Shown: positions 44,301 through 54,699 of the stretch, piece by piece
Layout: every line of letters begins with the position of its first letter
How positions within the stretch are numbered: the first letter of the stretch is position 1
Assembly (NCBI RefSeq): GCF_002571385.2
Contig: NW_019218028.1
Location: 176,786 to 240,785, forward strand
Source of the DNA: Stylophora pistillata
Taxonomy: Eukaryota
Length of the DNA stretch: 64,000 bases
Direction of reading: 5' to 3'
Notes under the pieces: generated by a model
What the model saw: the letters and a program-made list of their open reading frames with translations, nothing else
Told to the model about the DNA's origin: nothing
The model's database searches: none
Made by a program: the position numbers and the translations under genes

Positions 44301-47300
44301 TGGTTCAAGCAACATAAATATTTGCTATTTTCCTTTCATCATGTATTTGACAACTGTGACCAGAGAGGAAATAAATAAATCTTTGAGGAGGAAAAAAAAA
44401 AACCATTAAGAAAAATTCCCTTTATTTGCTGATGGCAGTCAAAAGTAAATAGTTTGCCCATTTGAGTCAGCATAAGGAATTTTTGCAAGGTACAGATTAC
44501 CATTGGGAAACAAGCTCACAAATATGCACAGAAGTTTGCTCAAGCTCAATTGGCAGCTGCTCTTGGTTTTGAGAGAAAGGGAACTCAAGGAATCTTTCAC
44601 ACCAGCTTCAATTTTAACTCTGTGAACAATCATCCCAAAGACCACTAATGCACCTACCTAAATTTACCTTTCTCTTCTTCCACTGCCCCAACTATCTTTT
44701 TCTCAGATAAATTCCAAATGGAATAACAATGCAGGACAGTACTTACGTTGGAATGCCATGAGGATCCTCCATCTGCATTCTTCTGGCCAGTGAAACAGCC
44801 CAGAACTGGATTGCATTAAGGGGTGTGGCAAAGGCAACTGGTGTGAACAATCCCTTGAATAATCCATGGACACCCTTCAAATAAGATCATGATAACAAGA
44901 TAATTACATTTGAACCTGCCTCGAGCGTTGACTAATGGGGATTGGTGGGTTGACCCCTCAATCCAGGTTTCACAGAATCTAGAATATTGAAAATAAAAAA
45001 AAAAAGGGTAAAAAGGCCATTTTATGCTACTAATAACCTGTCGATGTACAACAACTCACTCAAAAATACGAATAACATTGATTTTGGAGGATAAACAGGG
45101 ATTAAAGTTTTATTTGAGCAGTTCCCCTTTAAGTGACCATTCAACACAAGTAAAGGACATTACAAACAACTGCCTTTGGGACTTTGAAAACCCACCAATT
45201 CATACAAGGTGAAGTGAATTGTGTAGACACTTCTCCTAGTTTCTACAGGAAGAAGCAATAGGAGAAGTATTTCTTTCACTTAAAGAAGGCTACCAGCCTT
45301 TCTCAAATCACCAGAAAACCATGAATTTACCAAAGTTATCACCCTTGACTTTAAGGCAGACAGGCACGGTGTCAGTTCACTTATCAAGAATGTAACAAAG
45401 AGGAAGTAACATCATGACCCACACCCATACTACTAATAAAACGGAGTCTAGGGAGCTAACTGCTGAGCATATCCCTTACAATGAAACTCCCTTAACCTTT
45501 CCACTTCTAGAAATGACCAACAGGGAATTTCTCCATACAATATCCAATGTATACTTAAAAGCAAAAAAGTCATGAGAAGAAAGAAAAATATCAACAAGGG
45601 GGTATTGCTTAATTTCACATCCAATTCTCAGAACTATATTATCATAATGAACATATAGAAGGTAATGTACAAAGACTATAGATTGAAATCTTGGGTGTGA
45701 TAGGGTTTAATGCAGTCATATTCTATATATAGCCACAAAAACTGCTATTTTGGAGAGGCAGCTAGGCCAAGTAGTCTGGTAATTAAACTGCATTTCCTGG
45801 AGCAAGGCCCCTACTCAGCTGCTAACCAAGTTTAGTCTAACCCTAACCCAAGTTCAACTTCTTAGCTATGCTCTGCAATTTTATACCAAACTGGTCTTCC
45901 TCGAATCAGTTGGGATTTTTAACTATTTTTTATTTGTGATTGTCCAAGTGTGTGTAGTCCTGAGAAGGACGACTGTAGTCAGTGGACTCTGATGATGGCT
46001 TCTGCTCAGGTTGTCAAAATGTCAGTCGTCACCATTGATAGCAGTCCTTCTCAAGACTACACCCACCCAGATGATCAGGCTTGGACTATCACATGTAACC
46101 CCCTGGTTCAAACCATTATCACGATTACAGCTTTATTAAGTCACCTGTAATACATCATCATTGTCACTACAATTATCATCATTAGCAACTACCTCATTAC
46201 GTAATGTTTTCAACAAGCAGTCAAGAGTTCCCTTAAACACAGCTTCCTGCCCAGGTTTTGGTGATGGGGTTGTTTGAATGCGAACCTATTCAGCAGAACA
46301 AATCAAGACATGATAACAATTAGCATAATTGGCCTGGAGATTATAGAGATGTACTCACTCTGATTGATCAAGGATTGGATCATATCTCCCTATAATCCCT
46401 TCATGCCAGGTGATTATCGGTAAATTTAAAAAGGGCTACCTCTGGTTTTTTTCTCAATGTTGAGCAGGGAGTGATTAATGCAATACAAGAAAATACAATT
46501 TGTGAAGAGCACAAAGATGTGACTAAGTTTGGCATTACACTTTTCAAAAGAAAAATCAAGTTTTTGCTGATTAGATCAGAAAAACCTGTTAAATTCTAGA
46601 CTGGAAACTGGCTGCTTATCTCAGTACAAGTAAATTAGTGATAAAAACAATTGTTACAGAATGGTTTCAACAACAAAACGAATTTATAACAGAATTAAAA
46701 AGCACCTGAGCATATATAATAAAACAATAATTCACTTCCCTTCACCTTGGTAATTCCTATATACCACACAAGTGAATGGTGTTTTTCACGCGCGCTGATT
46801 GGCTAGGTTCGAAGTGAATAAGTGGCACTATCCAACCGTGCAGCCGAAGAGCCAAAATCGCGTGTCACGAATTAAATTACCGCCCTTTTTTTCGGTTTAT
46901 CGAAAGAAATAATCTTATTCTTGGGTATCTATGTGGATTATACTACAAAAAATATTCACCTCAGTGTCGTTGAAATTGGTGGATATTTACCTCCCCGCTT
47001 CGTCATTGGGTAAATATCAACTGCTATTCCCCTCCTCTTCGGTAATAATAATTGTTAATTAATTAAGACTGAAATTTGTCAATGTGGAGACCGGTAGTAT
47101 TCCCTCGCAGGGAATTTGAATAAAAACATTAATTCAGCTTCAGGAGCTGTTATAATTCAGGACGGGTAACCAATTGTGGTTTTTTCCTTCGAGTGTCATC
47201 GTCAAATGTTAACGTTTTTGCAATCGAGTGTACCTCGTTCGTCCTACGAATCACACTTGGACGTGTAAATCGGGGTTTTGAAAATTGAATCTGATGGACC

Positions 47301-47632
47301 TTACCCCTCAGTCGAAAGACCACGGTCATCCGTAGAAATTATGAAATTATATATCTTGCTGCATGGACGGGGCACAAAGTATTGATTACCGAAAAAAAAA
47401 AAAAAAGCAACATCCACGTAAACAATGGAACAAACATTTATATCAATTATTATACAAACCACACGTATGAGCAAAATATTCGAACCTTGATTGTATCAAA
47501 CGGATGTCCTATAGTCACACCACAGACTCCGCCAAATCCTCCAGCAAAAAAATTTCGTACTCCAGAGGTACTCCTGCCTTGTTGCACTTTACCTCCGGAT
47601 TCTATTTCTACTCTGTTGGAGGAACTTTCCAT
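20366..47632 (-). CDS. SLC25A20: Mitochondrial carnitine/acylcarnitine carrier-like protein (SLC25 family), 11 coding exons, 315 aa
   Basis: Exons (minus): 47632-47486, 46285-46193, 44874-44747, 43808-43718, 33978-33858, 33243-33171, 32522-32482, 32149-32081, 23560-23511, 21156-21082, 20425-20366; 948 nt, all GT-AG. Three carrier signatures PFDTIK, PADRIK, PVDVLK. CACT-type motifs [42 protein letters not shown]. Confidence 0.93.
23745..23912 (-). mobile_element. tRNA-derived SINE (5' part)
   Basis: Minus strand GGTGCAGTGGTGAGAGCGCTCG...GGTTCGATTTCCGG, followed by a SINE body GGTTTTTCGGTGGGTCTCCC. Confidence 0.7.
25270..27460 (-). pseudogene. Degraded tandem paralog of the TRIM-NHL gene
   Basis: Collinear with 28723-30912 from ATG (27460) to TAG (25272-25270). 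One base is lost right after the ATG (ATGAATCG vs ATGGAATCG), with further indels near 26430, 26390, 26185, 25920 and 25800. ORF pieces 26289-27428, 26186-26380 and 25811-26170 are in different frames. Confidence 0.88.
28723..30912 (-). CDS. Intronless TRIM-NHL E3 ligase (RING, two B-boxes, coiled coil, filamin, NHL repeats; TRIM2/3/71-like), 729 aa, nested in an SLC25A20 intron
   Basis: Uninterrupted ORF from ATG at 30912 (the ORF track starts at an upstream GTG). [12 protein letters not shown]...CLHTFCCNC...CPEC; B-box [20 protein letters not shown]; filamin [26 protein letters not shown]; NHL repeats such as [13 protein letters not shown] and [10 protein letters not shown]. Confidence 0.93.
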   Translation of the reverse strand: MESFLKNLQEQVTCSICLDTYKKPKIISCLHTFCCNCLKKHALTSQRNGKYRCPECQAPIDLPKDNSFDSLPTSFFHNSLLSVLAVRQIGDGRSITCSQCRKNNSRMHYCFDCGLFMCPDILNAHEVLKTSFEGHKVISVKEFKAEDYELLLRRQPFCSQQFHEKEIMRFFCVPCQSCICHICIVTDHRNHEVVVLDKAAQDEKHNIITGTESIKEKIKELNADIRQLEETTSVMESNVSKAKREVMEAAEQMITKIRACEREVITSIETTRAKRLERIDSAKQDILSLLKQLNQAVDFADNIVKRSSSTDIMQNKGTLKERFEELSAIYHEVPKHGDIVYVKFTPASLANLTFGSVQKTKKADVKESTLQGIDQPLRASVEADFSLCPKTSSGEICDMKSKQIEFLVEPADAASKTSVNENEEGTFQLKFTPKVPGEYSLEVKINGEKLAICPITVLVKECELAVVGELDLNFFPGDKLQGPFGIALNKEGTIVVVDYSGYSVYVFDSERTCLRKLGPFKHPFDVAFVDDEEILVSDYGNHRIYQYNTRTGEYIKRLGRPGTGKGEFTNPIGLFMDDKEQIVICDYGNNRIQVLTKDGVNIFTFGDTGPEKLSRPLSCISHKGRFFVSDNCCIKVFDQTGQFLYKFGSKGMVNGQFGRPSGLHIDRQDCLLVCDQNSGRFQKFSLDGRFIGKCTTPGLTNLNGVAEMPDGRILVTSTNAAKVHIITTK
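31340..31967. mobile_element. Non-autonomous DNA element with GAGGGTACC termini (Sola-like?) and an internal 27-bp tandem array
   Basis: GAGGGTACC at 31340 and GGTACCCTC ending 31967; about 5 copies of AAATTCGCGTAAACGTGAAAGAGTTTT at 31744-31876. Confidence 0.6.
34791..35802 (+). repeat. Minisatellite of 25/26-bp units GAGCGAGTCAAG(G)TTACGAGAAGTTT (about 40 units), running into the gap; second array at about 36586-36810
   Basis: Directly visible tandem array; N-gap 35803-36387. Confidence 0.95.
35803..36387. other. Assembly gap (N run)
   Basis: 585 N. Confidence 1.
37835..38180. mobile_element. Composite insertion: inverted and direct copies of the hammerhead-like repeat plus a nested MITE, bounded by a 14-bp direct repeat
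   Basis: CTGTTTCCAGTTGA at 37821-37834 and 38181-38194. Confidence 0.7.
37992..38172. mobile_element. MITE with ~80-bp terminal inverted repeats and AT target duplication
   Basis: AT|AGACCACGTTCATAACTAGCTGCCGGATTAATATTC...GAATATTAATCCGGCAGCCATTTATGAAAGTGGTCT|AT. Confidence 0.85.
38551..39130 (-). pseudogene. Truncated two-exon SAP-domain gene fragment, probably the accessory (SAP-SWIM-YqaJ type) ORF of an ISL2EU/Harbinger-like DNA transposon
   Basis: Exon 39130-38940 (MASIAN...[11 protein letters not shown]...[27 protein letters not shown]) joined by a phase-2 GT-AG intron to exon 38785-38551 ([20 protein letters not shown]...[25 protein letters not shown]). It stops early; no SWIM/YqaJ part is visible. 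The transposon assignment is from recalled similarity. Confidence 0.6.
40662..43518 (+). CDS. Intronless NERD (PD-(D/E)xK) nuclease plus SF1/Schlafen-like helicase, about 951 aa if one +1 frameshift near 43270 is corrected; antisense in SLC25A20 intron 4
   Basis: NERD motifs [12 protein letters not shown] (40920), [20 protein letters not shown] (41091-41150) and KAKDQL. Helicase Q motif TMDQ (42156), Walker A GGPGSGKT (42207-42230), Walker B HVFIDE (to 42479) and motif IV-like KHPLR. In the shifted frame (43222-43518): motif V-like [10 protein letters not shown] and motif VI-like [14 protein letters not shown]. Confidence 0.8.
45492..45710. mobile_element. High-copy ~200-bp piggyBac-type MITE family (representative copy)
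   Basis: TTAACC...GGGTT(T)AA ends and a shared internal consensus. Decayed copies near 1115-1612, 4097-4310, 8870-9073, 12047-12256, 14125-14633, 15645-16222, 19565-19748, 44070-44276, 48910-49120 and 62170-62388. Confidence 0.65.
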
Positions 47633-47866
47633 TTGCCGGCTGTAAATGGGAAGGTCTTTGCTTCGACTCTGTTTAAGGTTTCATGGTGACTGTCACGCCA
47701 TCACTTATAAGCTTCCGGTTGACAGTCTGGTAGCTAGTCAACCCAATCCCTCCCGGTCACTGCCACTTCCCACTATATGTGCATATTGGTTCAAGGGAAC
47801 TAGTCTGGGGCACGCTAGCAAAAATCATTCGGAATTCTTCACATTTGAGACAATATCTCTTTTAAA
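47633..47866. promoter_or_regulatory. Putative bidirectional promoter/5'UTRs shared by SLC25A20-like and ACBP
   Basis: Divergent start codons at 47632 (-) and 47867 (+), only 234 bp apart; includes an ETS-like CTTCCGG near 47712. Confidence 0.7.
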
Positions 47867-50800
47867 ATGTCAGAGGTAGGAGAGCATTGTTTATAAAAGT
47901 TAACTTTCTCCACAGTGCAGATTGATCCAGAGATTATTGCATAATTGTACCGCTTTTTCGTCAGGCCTTTCAGAAAGCTGCTGACGAGGTGAAGAAGTTG
48001 GCGAAAACACCCAGCAATGAAGACATGCTAGAAGTTTATGCTCTTTACAAGCAAGTTACCGTCGGAGATTGCAACACAGGTAATAAAATAAATTCTCGCT
48101 TTCGTGTTGTTTCAGGTCGATTTTATTGAGCTGCTTTTCGAATACGGAAAACGAAAACATTTGCCCAGAGTCGATCACTCATATGATTCTGTTGCTACAA
48201 TAACCTTTGCTCTTATTCTTAACGGACTTTAAACCTAACCAAGCAATGTATTGCAGTGTCATCGAAAGAAGAGGAGCCAATTGGTCTTCTTTGGTTTTCT
48301 GAATATTAAACCATTATAATCATGTTATTCTCAAGAAGTGTTTTAAATGTCCTTGAAAGACCTTACACTAAACACGCCTCTTAATATAGATTAATTTGGC
48401 AAGATTTCCATATAGCCCCATACGTTAATTATGCACAGAGTGTTGCAAAGAAACATTTACATTTAGCCTTTACGAAATGGAATGTAGAACTTAAATTTTC
48501 ATCGGCCATTTGCATTTGTTTTTCTAATTTGAAGTGGTAGTACTCTCAATGGCTTAAACCCAGGGAAAAAGAAGAAAAAAAACTTTTTCTAACGTTGTTG
48601 AATTTCATGGTATATGTCTTATTATTAAAAACTGGATCATTGGATAATTCAATTCAAGACTTTTCATTGGCTTAGCCATTATGGTTTTTGAGCCAATATA
48701 CCATAATCTAAAATCTGTACAAAATTTTTGTAACATCCGGTTTCTCCTTACAAAATAAAGTCAAGAAGATTTGTCCAATATCTTGTGGGCGTTCAGGACT
48801 TTTTTTTTTTAAAGACAGAGTGGAAAGAGGCATGGCATGTGTTAAGATTTAGTGCAAAAATCTACTGCAGTAGTTTTACTTTGAGACTAAAGCATCAAGC
48901 TTAAGCATAAATCCTTTATCTCCCACATGTGACCAAGACAGAAATTCTCCTTACATTATCAATACAATATCAAGTGGACCAGTGATGAGAACTAAGAAAA
49001 ATATAAATTAAGGGATTATTAGTTCATCCAATAGCAAATTATCTGAAATAATACCATAAGAAATATATGGCAGACAGCAAGGAGAATCATTAAATGAGAT
49101 CTAGGAATTGTAAAGTTTAAAAAGGGCACTACTAGTGAAGTCTCCTAAATTGCATTTTTCAGCTAACATTGATGGCAAACTTTTTTTGTAAACTGGGATG
49201 GAACTTCTGAAAAACTGGAGGCAGGGCTGTCAAAACCCAATTGTCCAAGGTCTAGACAATCTGACTAATTAACTGTGGCCTTTGGATAACAAATACCACA
49301 GTTTCATTCAGACAAAGTTGACTATTTTGCCCATAACCATTCCAAGTCATTTAAGACTGATAGAATTATATCGTAAATCCTTGAATCAGCATCTTCCCTT
49401 GCATGAAAAAGTGTCTCCTTTGAAATAATTTTGTCACAAAATATCATTCTAAGAACACCTGAGTTTACCCAACTTTAGGTGTGATCTAAATGTTGATGTT
49501 TGTGAGCAGGGTTAAGAGGGCTACCACAGTGGTACAAATGAAAAAAAGACCTGTTGACAATATTTAGTAACCATAAAAAGATCATTAGATCCAATAATTG
49601 CTCAAAGCTATGGCCCAAGGTAAACATTTTGTAGTAACAGGCCCATACCAAAAATCTAAACTCTTTACCATACCACTGAAACATTTTCAAATTGGTGAGG
49701 AATTTTTGAAGGATATGTTTTTGTATAAATTTAGTGCCCAGAGAAGGTTTATACCTCTTACTAACCAAGTTGGGGATCTATACTGTAAGTTACAGACTGA
49801 GACTTTTCTTCTCCAATTTACAACCCAAGTATGAAGTCAGTGCATCTGCTAAAAATCTGAGCAGAAAATAGAGATCAAGTTGTTCCATGGAAAGTACAAA
49901 ATGGGATAGGAGAATTTAATTTCATAGAAACTTTTGAATTTGGGAGGCTGTACAGTAAAATATGGCCCACTAAATTAACTTATAATTCATGTACATACTT
50001 AGTTATATAATAAACATCATTGTGTTTCTCCTTCTTAAAACTTTTGTTGACAATTAGAAATTTTTAATGAGGTTGCTAATTTTTAATATATTTTCTATTT
50101 GTTTTGATTGTCCGGGTTCCAAAATCTGCTAATTCTCCAGTTTTTGATGGCCAATGTTTCTTCACAAGGAATCAATGATAGCTTCTTGCTTTATGTTTTT
50201 ACTATTTCAAGTTTTATTACCCACTCTGTGTATACTGCAGCTCCTATGAATCAAAATGTTAACAATTTTTTTGGAATTTTATGGTTTAGAATCATATTTA
50301 TCTCCCTGCAATCTCTCTCTTGTTGACAGAAAGACCTGGATTTTTGGATATGACTGGAAAAGCCAAATGGGATGCCTGGAATGGCAAGAAAGGTACTGGA
50401 AACTGTTCTTATCTTAGAAATCTAAGTTAAAATGCTGATGTAAGGTTGTAAGCTTTGAAAACAACATTTATGAACTTCAACCTTGTTATGGTGTATTATT
50501 GTTTGTCTCACTCTGGAGTTACCTCTGATGCAGATCAGGTTTTTCTTTTCACTGTGTAGAGTCTTTAGCAAAAGATTTGTTCCCTCTATCTCTGGTAATC
50601 TAATTATAATTTGCTTATTTAGCTAACAGGACACCAAGAAATTCTCACAGGGGCCAATGCAACTGACATTTTTTCTCTGGCAACTGAAAGTTCTGGTCTA
50701 GGTATCACCTTGCTGTCCAGTTGTTGGAAGGCCAACTAGCACTAATTTGACGTTGAATTTTAATCCAGATTCTCTATTTCTCTATTCAAAAGTCATATTT

Positions 50801-52016
50801 GGGATAGTTTTCCTTGTTGGTTTTAGAGTATTCAATGATCACCAAATTGTAGACAAAAAAAATGAAACTGAGTTTTCTTTTCAAGCTTTCAGATCTGAAT
50901 TCAAATTTCACACTAACCCTGGGTTATCTTAATCCAGCTTTGAACAGCCCAGTCCTATATGTTTTAAAACAAGATTTAAACAAGTTAACTTCAAAACTAC
51001 CTCATATTTTCTGGTTTTGCATCTGTCTTCAGAAAAAATAAAAGAGGAAACATGCACAACAAAGTCTGTTGACATTTAACACCTCCATCTTTTGACACAC
51101 ATTGTGCATAAGTGATGGCTGTTCCTTTTTTTTTTTTTTTTGCGTTCATCATTGTAAAGCTAAATTTGTGGTACTCACAGGTTCATGCAGATGCAGCTTT
51201 TAAATTCCATTTTGGTGACCATTTTTTTGCCACTAAGGTGCCAAAAGGTGATAAAAGATTTTTTTATTAGTTTAATTTGGACCCTGTCTCACTAACATAA
51301 TTTATACTTACTTGCACTGACAGTAATTTCACATTTTGCCAGAGTAATCATTCTAACTACAATGCTTATTATAGTCCATTTTTACAGTTGTGTCCTTTGT
51401 TGCCAAACCTTTGATTTGGAGTGAGGCTGAAGGTGACCTTGTTGTGATGGAGACCAGCATCTAGTTTGCATGACAACAAAATCAGGGCTCGACACCAATG
51501 GTAGCCCACCAGCCACAGACCAATAGAAATTCAGTTGTGGCTAGTGGTTTTTGATTTCTACTAAAAGTCAGTTTGGCTAGTAAACAAACTGAAATTGTTG
51601 TAACATCTGAGATGGCACTAGCCACTTGGCTATGTCAAGCCCTGAAAATAATTTACATTTGAAAAGCAGCAACGTTTGTAACACAAAAAGATCACCCTTA
51701 GCCTCACTCCTGTTCAAAGGCTTGGCAACCAAGCACACAACTGTAAAAATGGACTGTTACAGCTTACACGCTACATCCAACACTAAGTTAAATTCATTAG
51801 CTTTTCATTTTTTTTTTTTCTACCTCATCAAATAATATATTTTGGAAGTTAAGTAGGTGTGCAAGTTGCAAAACAAGACATCTCAAACATTGCTGACACG
51901 GCTTTATTTTGGATGAGACACATTTCCTACTTTTTCTTTTTTCAGGTACAGCCAAAGCAGAAGCTGAGGCAGCCTACATTGCAAAGGTGGAGGAAATGAA
52001 GAAAGTATATAGTTGA
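47867..52016 (+). CDS. DBI: Acyl-CoA-binding protein (ACBP/DBI), 85 aa, 4 exons
   Basis: Exons 47867-47875, 47965-48079, 50330-50392, 51946-52016. Protein [85 protein letters not shown], with ACBP motifs YxLYKQ and KAKWDAW. Confidence 0.96.
51373..51755. mobile_element. MITE with ~65-bp TIRs containing a nested hAT-like MITE (51483-51644)
   Basis: AGTCCATTTTTACAGTTGTG...CACAACTGTAAAAATGGACT. Inner element CAGGGCTCGACA...TGTCAAGCCCTG, of the same family as about 11309-11767. Confidence 0.75.
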
Positions 52017-52028
52017 TTTTTAATTGGA

Positions 52029-52034
52029 AATAAA
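52029..52034 (+). terminator. Polyadenylation signal of ACBP
   Basis: AATAAA starting 13 nt after the TGA, followed by a GT-rich stretch. Confidence 0.6.
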
Positions 52035-53419
52035 GACTTTTTTCCAGAAATTGATCACTGTTGTATCTGGGTGTGGCACACTTTTTGTTATAACACTACC
52101 TCTAATTACAGATCAACATGCGTAAGAATTAGATGTTTCTGTGCATAGTTTTCAAGGTTTTAAGGGAGAGTTTTCCTCATTATTATTATTATTATTATTC
52201 CTGGTAATATTTTCTGCATTTCATATGATTTCTAATTGTGTGAACTCAAGATAGCACTGTAACTTAATCTTCATTATAATTTATCATTTTCACACCCTGC
52301 AGTCCACTTCTCAATCTCCACTTCTCAATCTCCACTTCTCATTTTACATTTCCAAGCATCCATTCTCTATTAGTCAACGTTCCCACTTCCCTTTTCTCAT
52401 TTTTACTCCCACTCTCAAAATTTCATCCCTTACTTTTCATTCCAACCTACTATTTTCCCACTTCCAAGTCCACTTCCCACTTTTTGGCTTCCCAGTCTCC
52501 ACTTACCATTTTCACTTTCCAGTCTCCTTATGCGTAACCTGCGTTTCACTCCATGAGTGCCCGTCTCCCATTCACAATTTTAAACTCATACCCCTCCACT
52601 CTAAGGGAAAAAGTAAACAGCCCTGCACACGCTTTCTTAAAAAAAGAGGAAAATCCCCATATGAGGGCCGTACGCGGAGGCGTGAAAAAAGCCGTCTGGA
52701 AGCCGTATTTTCCAGTCCAGCCCGACCACACAATTTATAACAGCAAAGTACAATGAGAAAGCTAGACTTCAAAGACATGGGTTTTTAAAGGCTTTATTTA
52801 AATAAAGTCTGCCCTGCTTAGCTCTTCAGTCCCAGCCTCTTACTCCTTGTCAAAATTAGCCTTTTTCCAAAGTTCCTTTGGGATTGCGTTCAGACTCCAG
52901 GTGTTTGCGATGTTCAATTCTCAGTGCTATTCCACTCTCAAAGAAACATCAACCTCATCTCGAGGACGCTTATTTTTTTCACCCTAATAAGAGGGTCTTG
53001 GGCGCTTTACTGGTTCAAGTTCCGGCCCTTACCATTTCGCCCCTATCCTGGCGAGAAGCCCTCCCCAAGCTGAAATTAATCGAAACTGCCCCTAGACGAT
53101 GTCTGATTGTGAAATTCAAAATTAAACAGACTTTCCTTTCAGCGAATAAAGAAAAAGACTTCTATTATTAGTGAGCCGAGCGAAACTCTGGCAGACTGGG
53201 TATTCAACGGTTCCGTGTGGCGTGCTGGTCCCATTTTTAATTTTTTTTTCACTGAACTTTTTCGGACTCGCGCAGCGGACTTCACCGAAAAAGGAGGAGC
53301 TGCTTGTAGTCTACCAAGAAGATATGAAGCGATCTTGAAAATCTTTAGCACCACCGTTCCGAGATAAATTGTCCCAAGATAAAGGATAGAAACGCGCAAC
53401 ATGTCGAGGCAGACTCTAC

Positions 53420-53422
<3 letters not shown>

Positions 53423-53484
<62 letters not shown>
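53423..53484 (+). repeat. (CA)n microsatellite
   Basis: About 31 CA units. Confidence 0.97.
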
Positions 53485-53489
<5 letters not shown>

Positions 53490-53675
53490 TCACACACATA
53501 TTTATATACTGAAATAAATGAAAAACGAAATTCCTCTTTTTCTTTCTCTTTCTCTTTGCTTTTGCGCAAAAGAAAAGAGAAAGAAAAAGAAAAAGAGGAC
53601 TTTCGTTTTCATTTATTTCGGTATCTTTATTCGACACAGAAGTTTAGAGTTTGTTTACATTATATATATATATAN

Positions 53676-54340
53676 GACGCCCACAATAAGTCCGCCCTCG
53701 CAAATAATTCCCAATCGCAAGAAAAATCATGCAATTGTAGAGACAAACACTCTTGCCCGTTACGTGGCAATTGCCTAATTCAAAATGTGGTCTACCAGGC
53801 CACAGTTGAAAGTCCCTTGGGAACCCAAACGTACGTCGGCCTTACTGCGAACCAATTTAAAACAAGATTTAGAAATCATACAGCTTCATTTAGACACGAG
53901 AACAAAAGGAACGCAACAGAGTTGAGCAAATATATCTGGTCCCTAAAGGATGCTGAAACGGAGTTTTCCGTGACCTGGAAAATAATAGCTCGTGCCAGGC
54001 CGTACTCAAATACCACGAAGAGATGCAATCTTTGCATAGCTGAAAAATTCTTTATCATATGCAGAACAGGGGCGGGTACCCTAAACAAAAGGAACGAACT
54101 GGCGAGTGCGTGCCGGCACTCATCTAAATATCTGATAAGGCTGCTCAAACCACCTACTTAAAAGGTCCGTTAGTCAACTAGTGCCTTATCCACCTGACGA
54201 GAGAGGACTTTTCCTTTCGAAACAGATCTGTAGTATCAAGTTTTAATTTTTATTTTCCTAAATAATCGTTTACAAAGCTCCATATGATTGTAGAGCACTC
54301 TGCGATTCAAAGATAAGGTTTTTTACATTTTTATTTATTT
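53676..54340 (+). mobile_element. Penelope-like retroelement 3' fragment: GIY-YIG endonuclease plus 3' region with hammerhead, flanked by (TA)n
   Basis: Reads CNCRDKHSCPLRGNC...VVYQATV...TYVGLT..FKTRFRNH...ELSKYIW...RCNLCIAEKFFI...LNKRNEL..CRH, stop at 54161. (TA)n at about 53661-53674 and 54340-54360. A single N at 53675 marks an assembly join. Confidence 0.85.
54191..54235 (+). ncRNA. Minimal type I hammerhead ribozyme motif in the Penelope-like element
   Basis: CTGACGA (54194-54200), stem II GAGAGG/CCTTTC, GAAA (54219-54222), palindromic stem III ACAGATCTGT, GTA cleavage triplet. Stem I is only about 2 bp. Confidence 0.75.
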
Positions 54341-54517
54341 ATATATATATATATGTATATACATAGGTCGTTAGTGGAACTCTCAGGCCAACAAAGGTGC
54401 ACCGCGCCAGGAGGATCAATAAAGATTCGCAGTCCAAACCTCACAGCAAATACGAACGTAGAAAGTTTAAAAATCGCGAGGATGGACAACTTCTGACGAC
54501 AAAATATAAAAAAATTT

Positions 54518-54556
54518 AATAAAAACGTTTCGGTCAGAGACCTTCTTCAGTTATTT
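54518..54556 (-). ncRNA. Minimal hammerhead ribozyme motif (minus strand)
   Basis: Minus strand reads aataa CTGAAGA aGGTC tct GACC GAAA CGTT; palindromic ACGT stem III; weak stem I. Confidence 0.6.
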
Positions 54557-54699
54557 ACAACTTTTGAATTAAAAAAAGAACATTAAATAAGATCGAAGTG
54601 CTAATGATTACGTAATTACAGATAACGACTAATGAACTGGTGCTAATAAAAAGTTATCTTTTATTAGCACCAGTTATCTTTTTATTATTTTTGCATACA

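Noticed and set aside
53139-53637. Cys-Val rich ORFs
   Set aside because: Translation of the (CA)n microsatellite.
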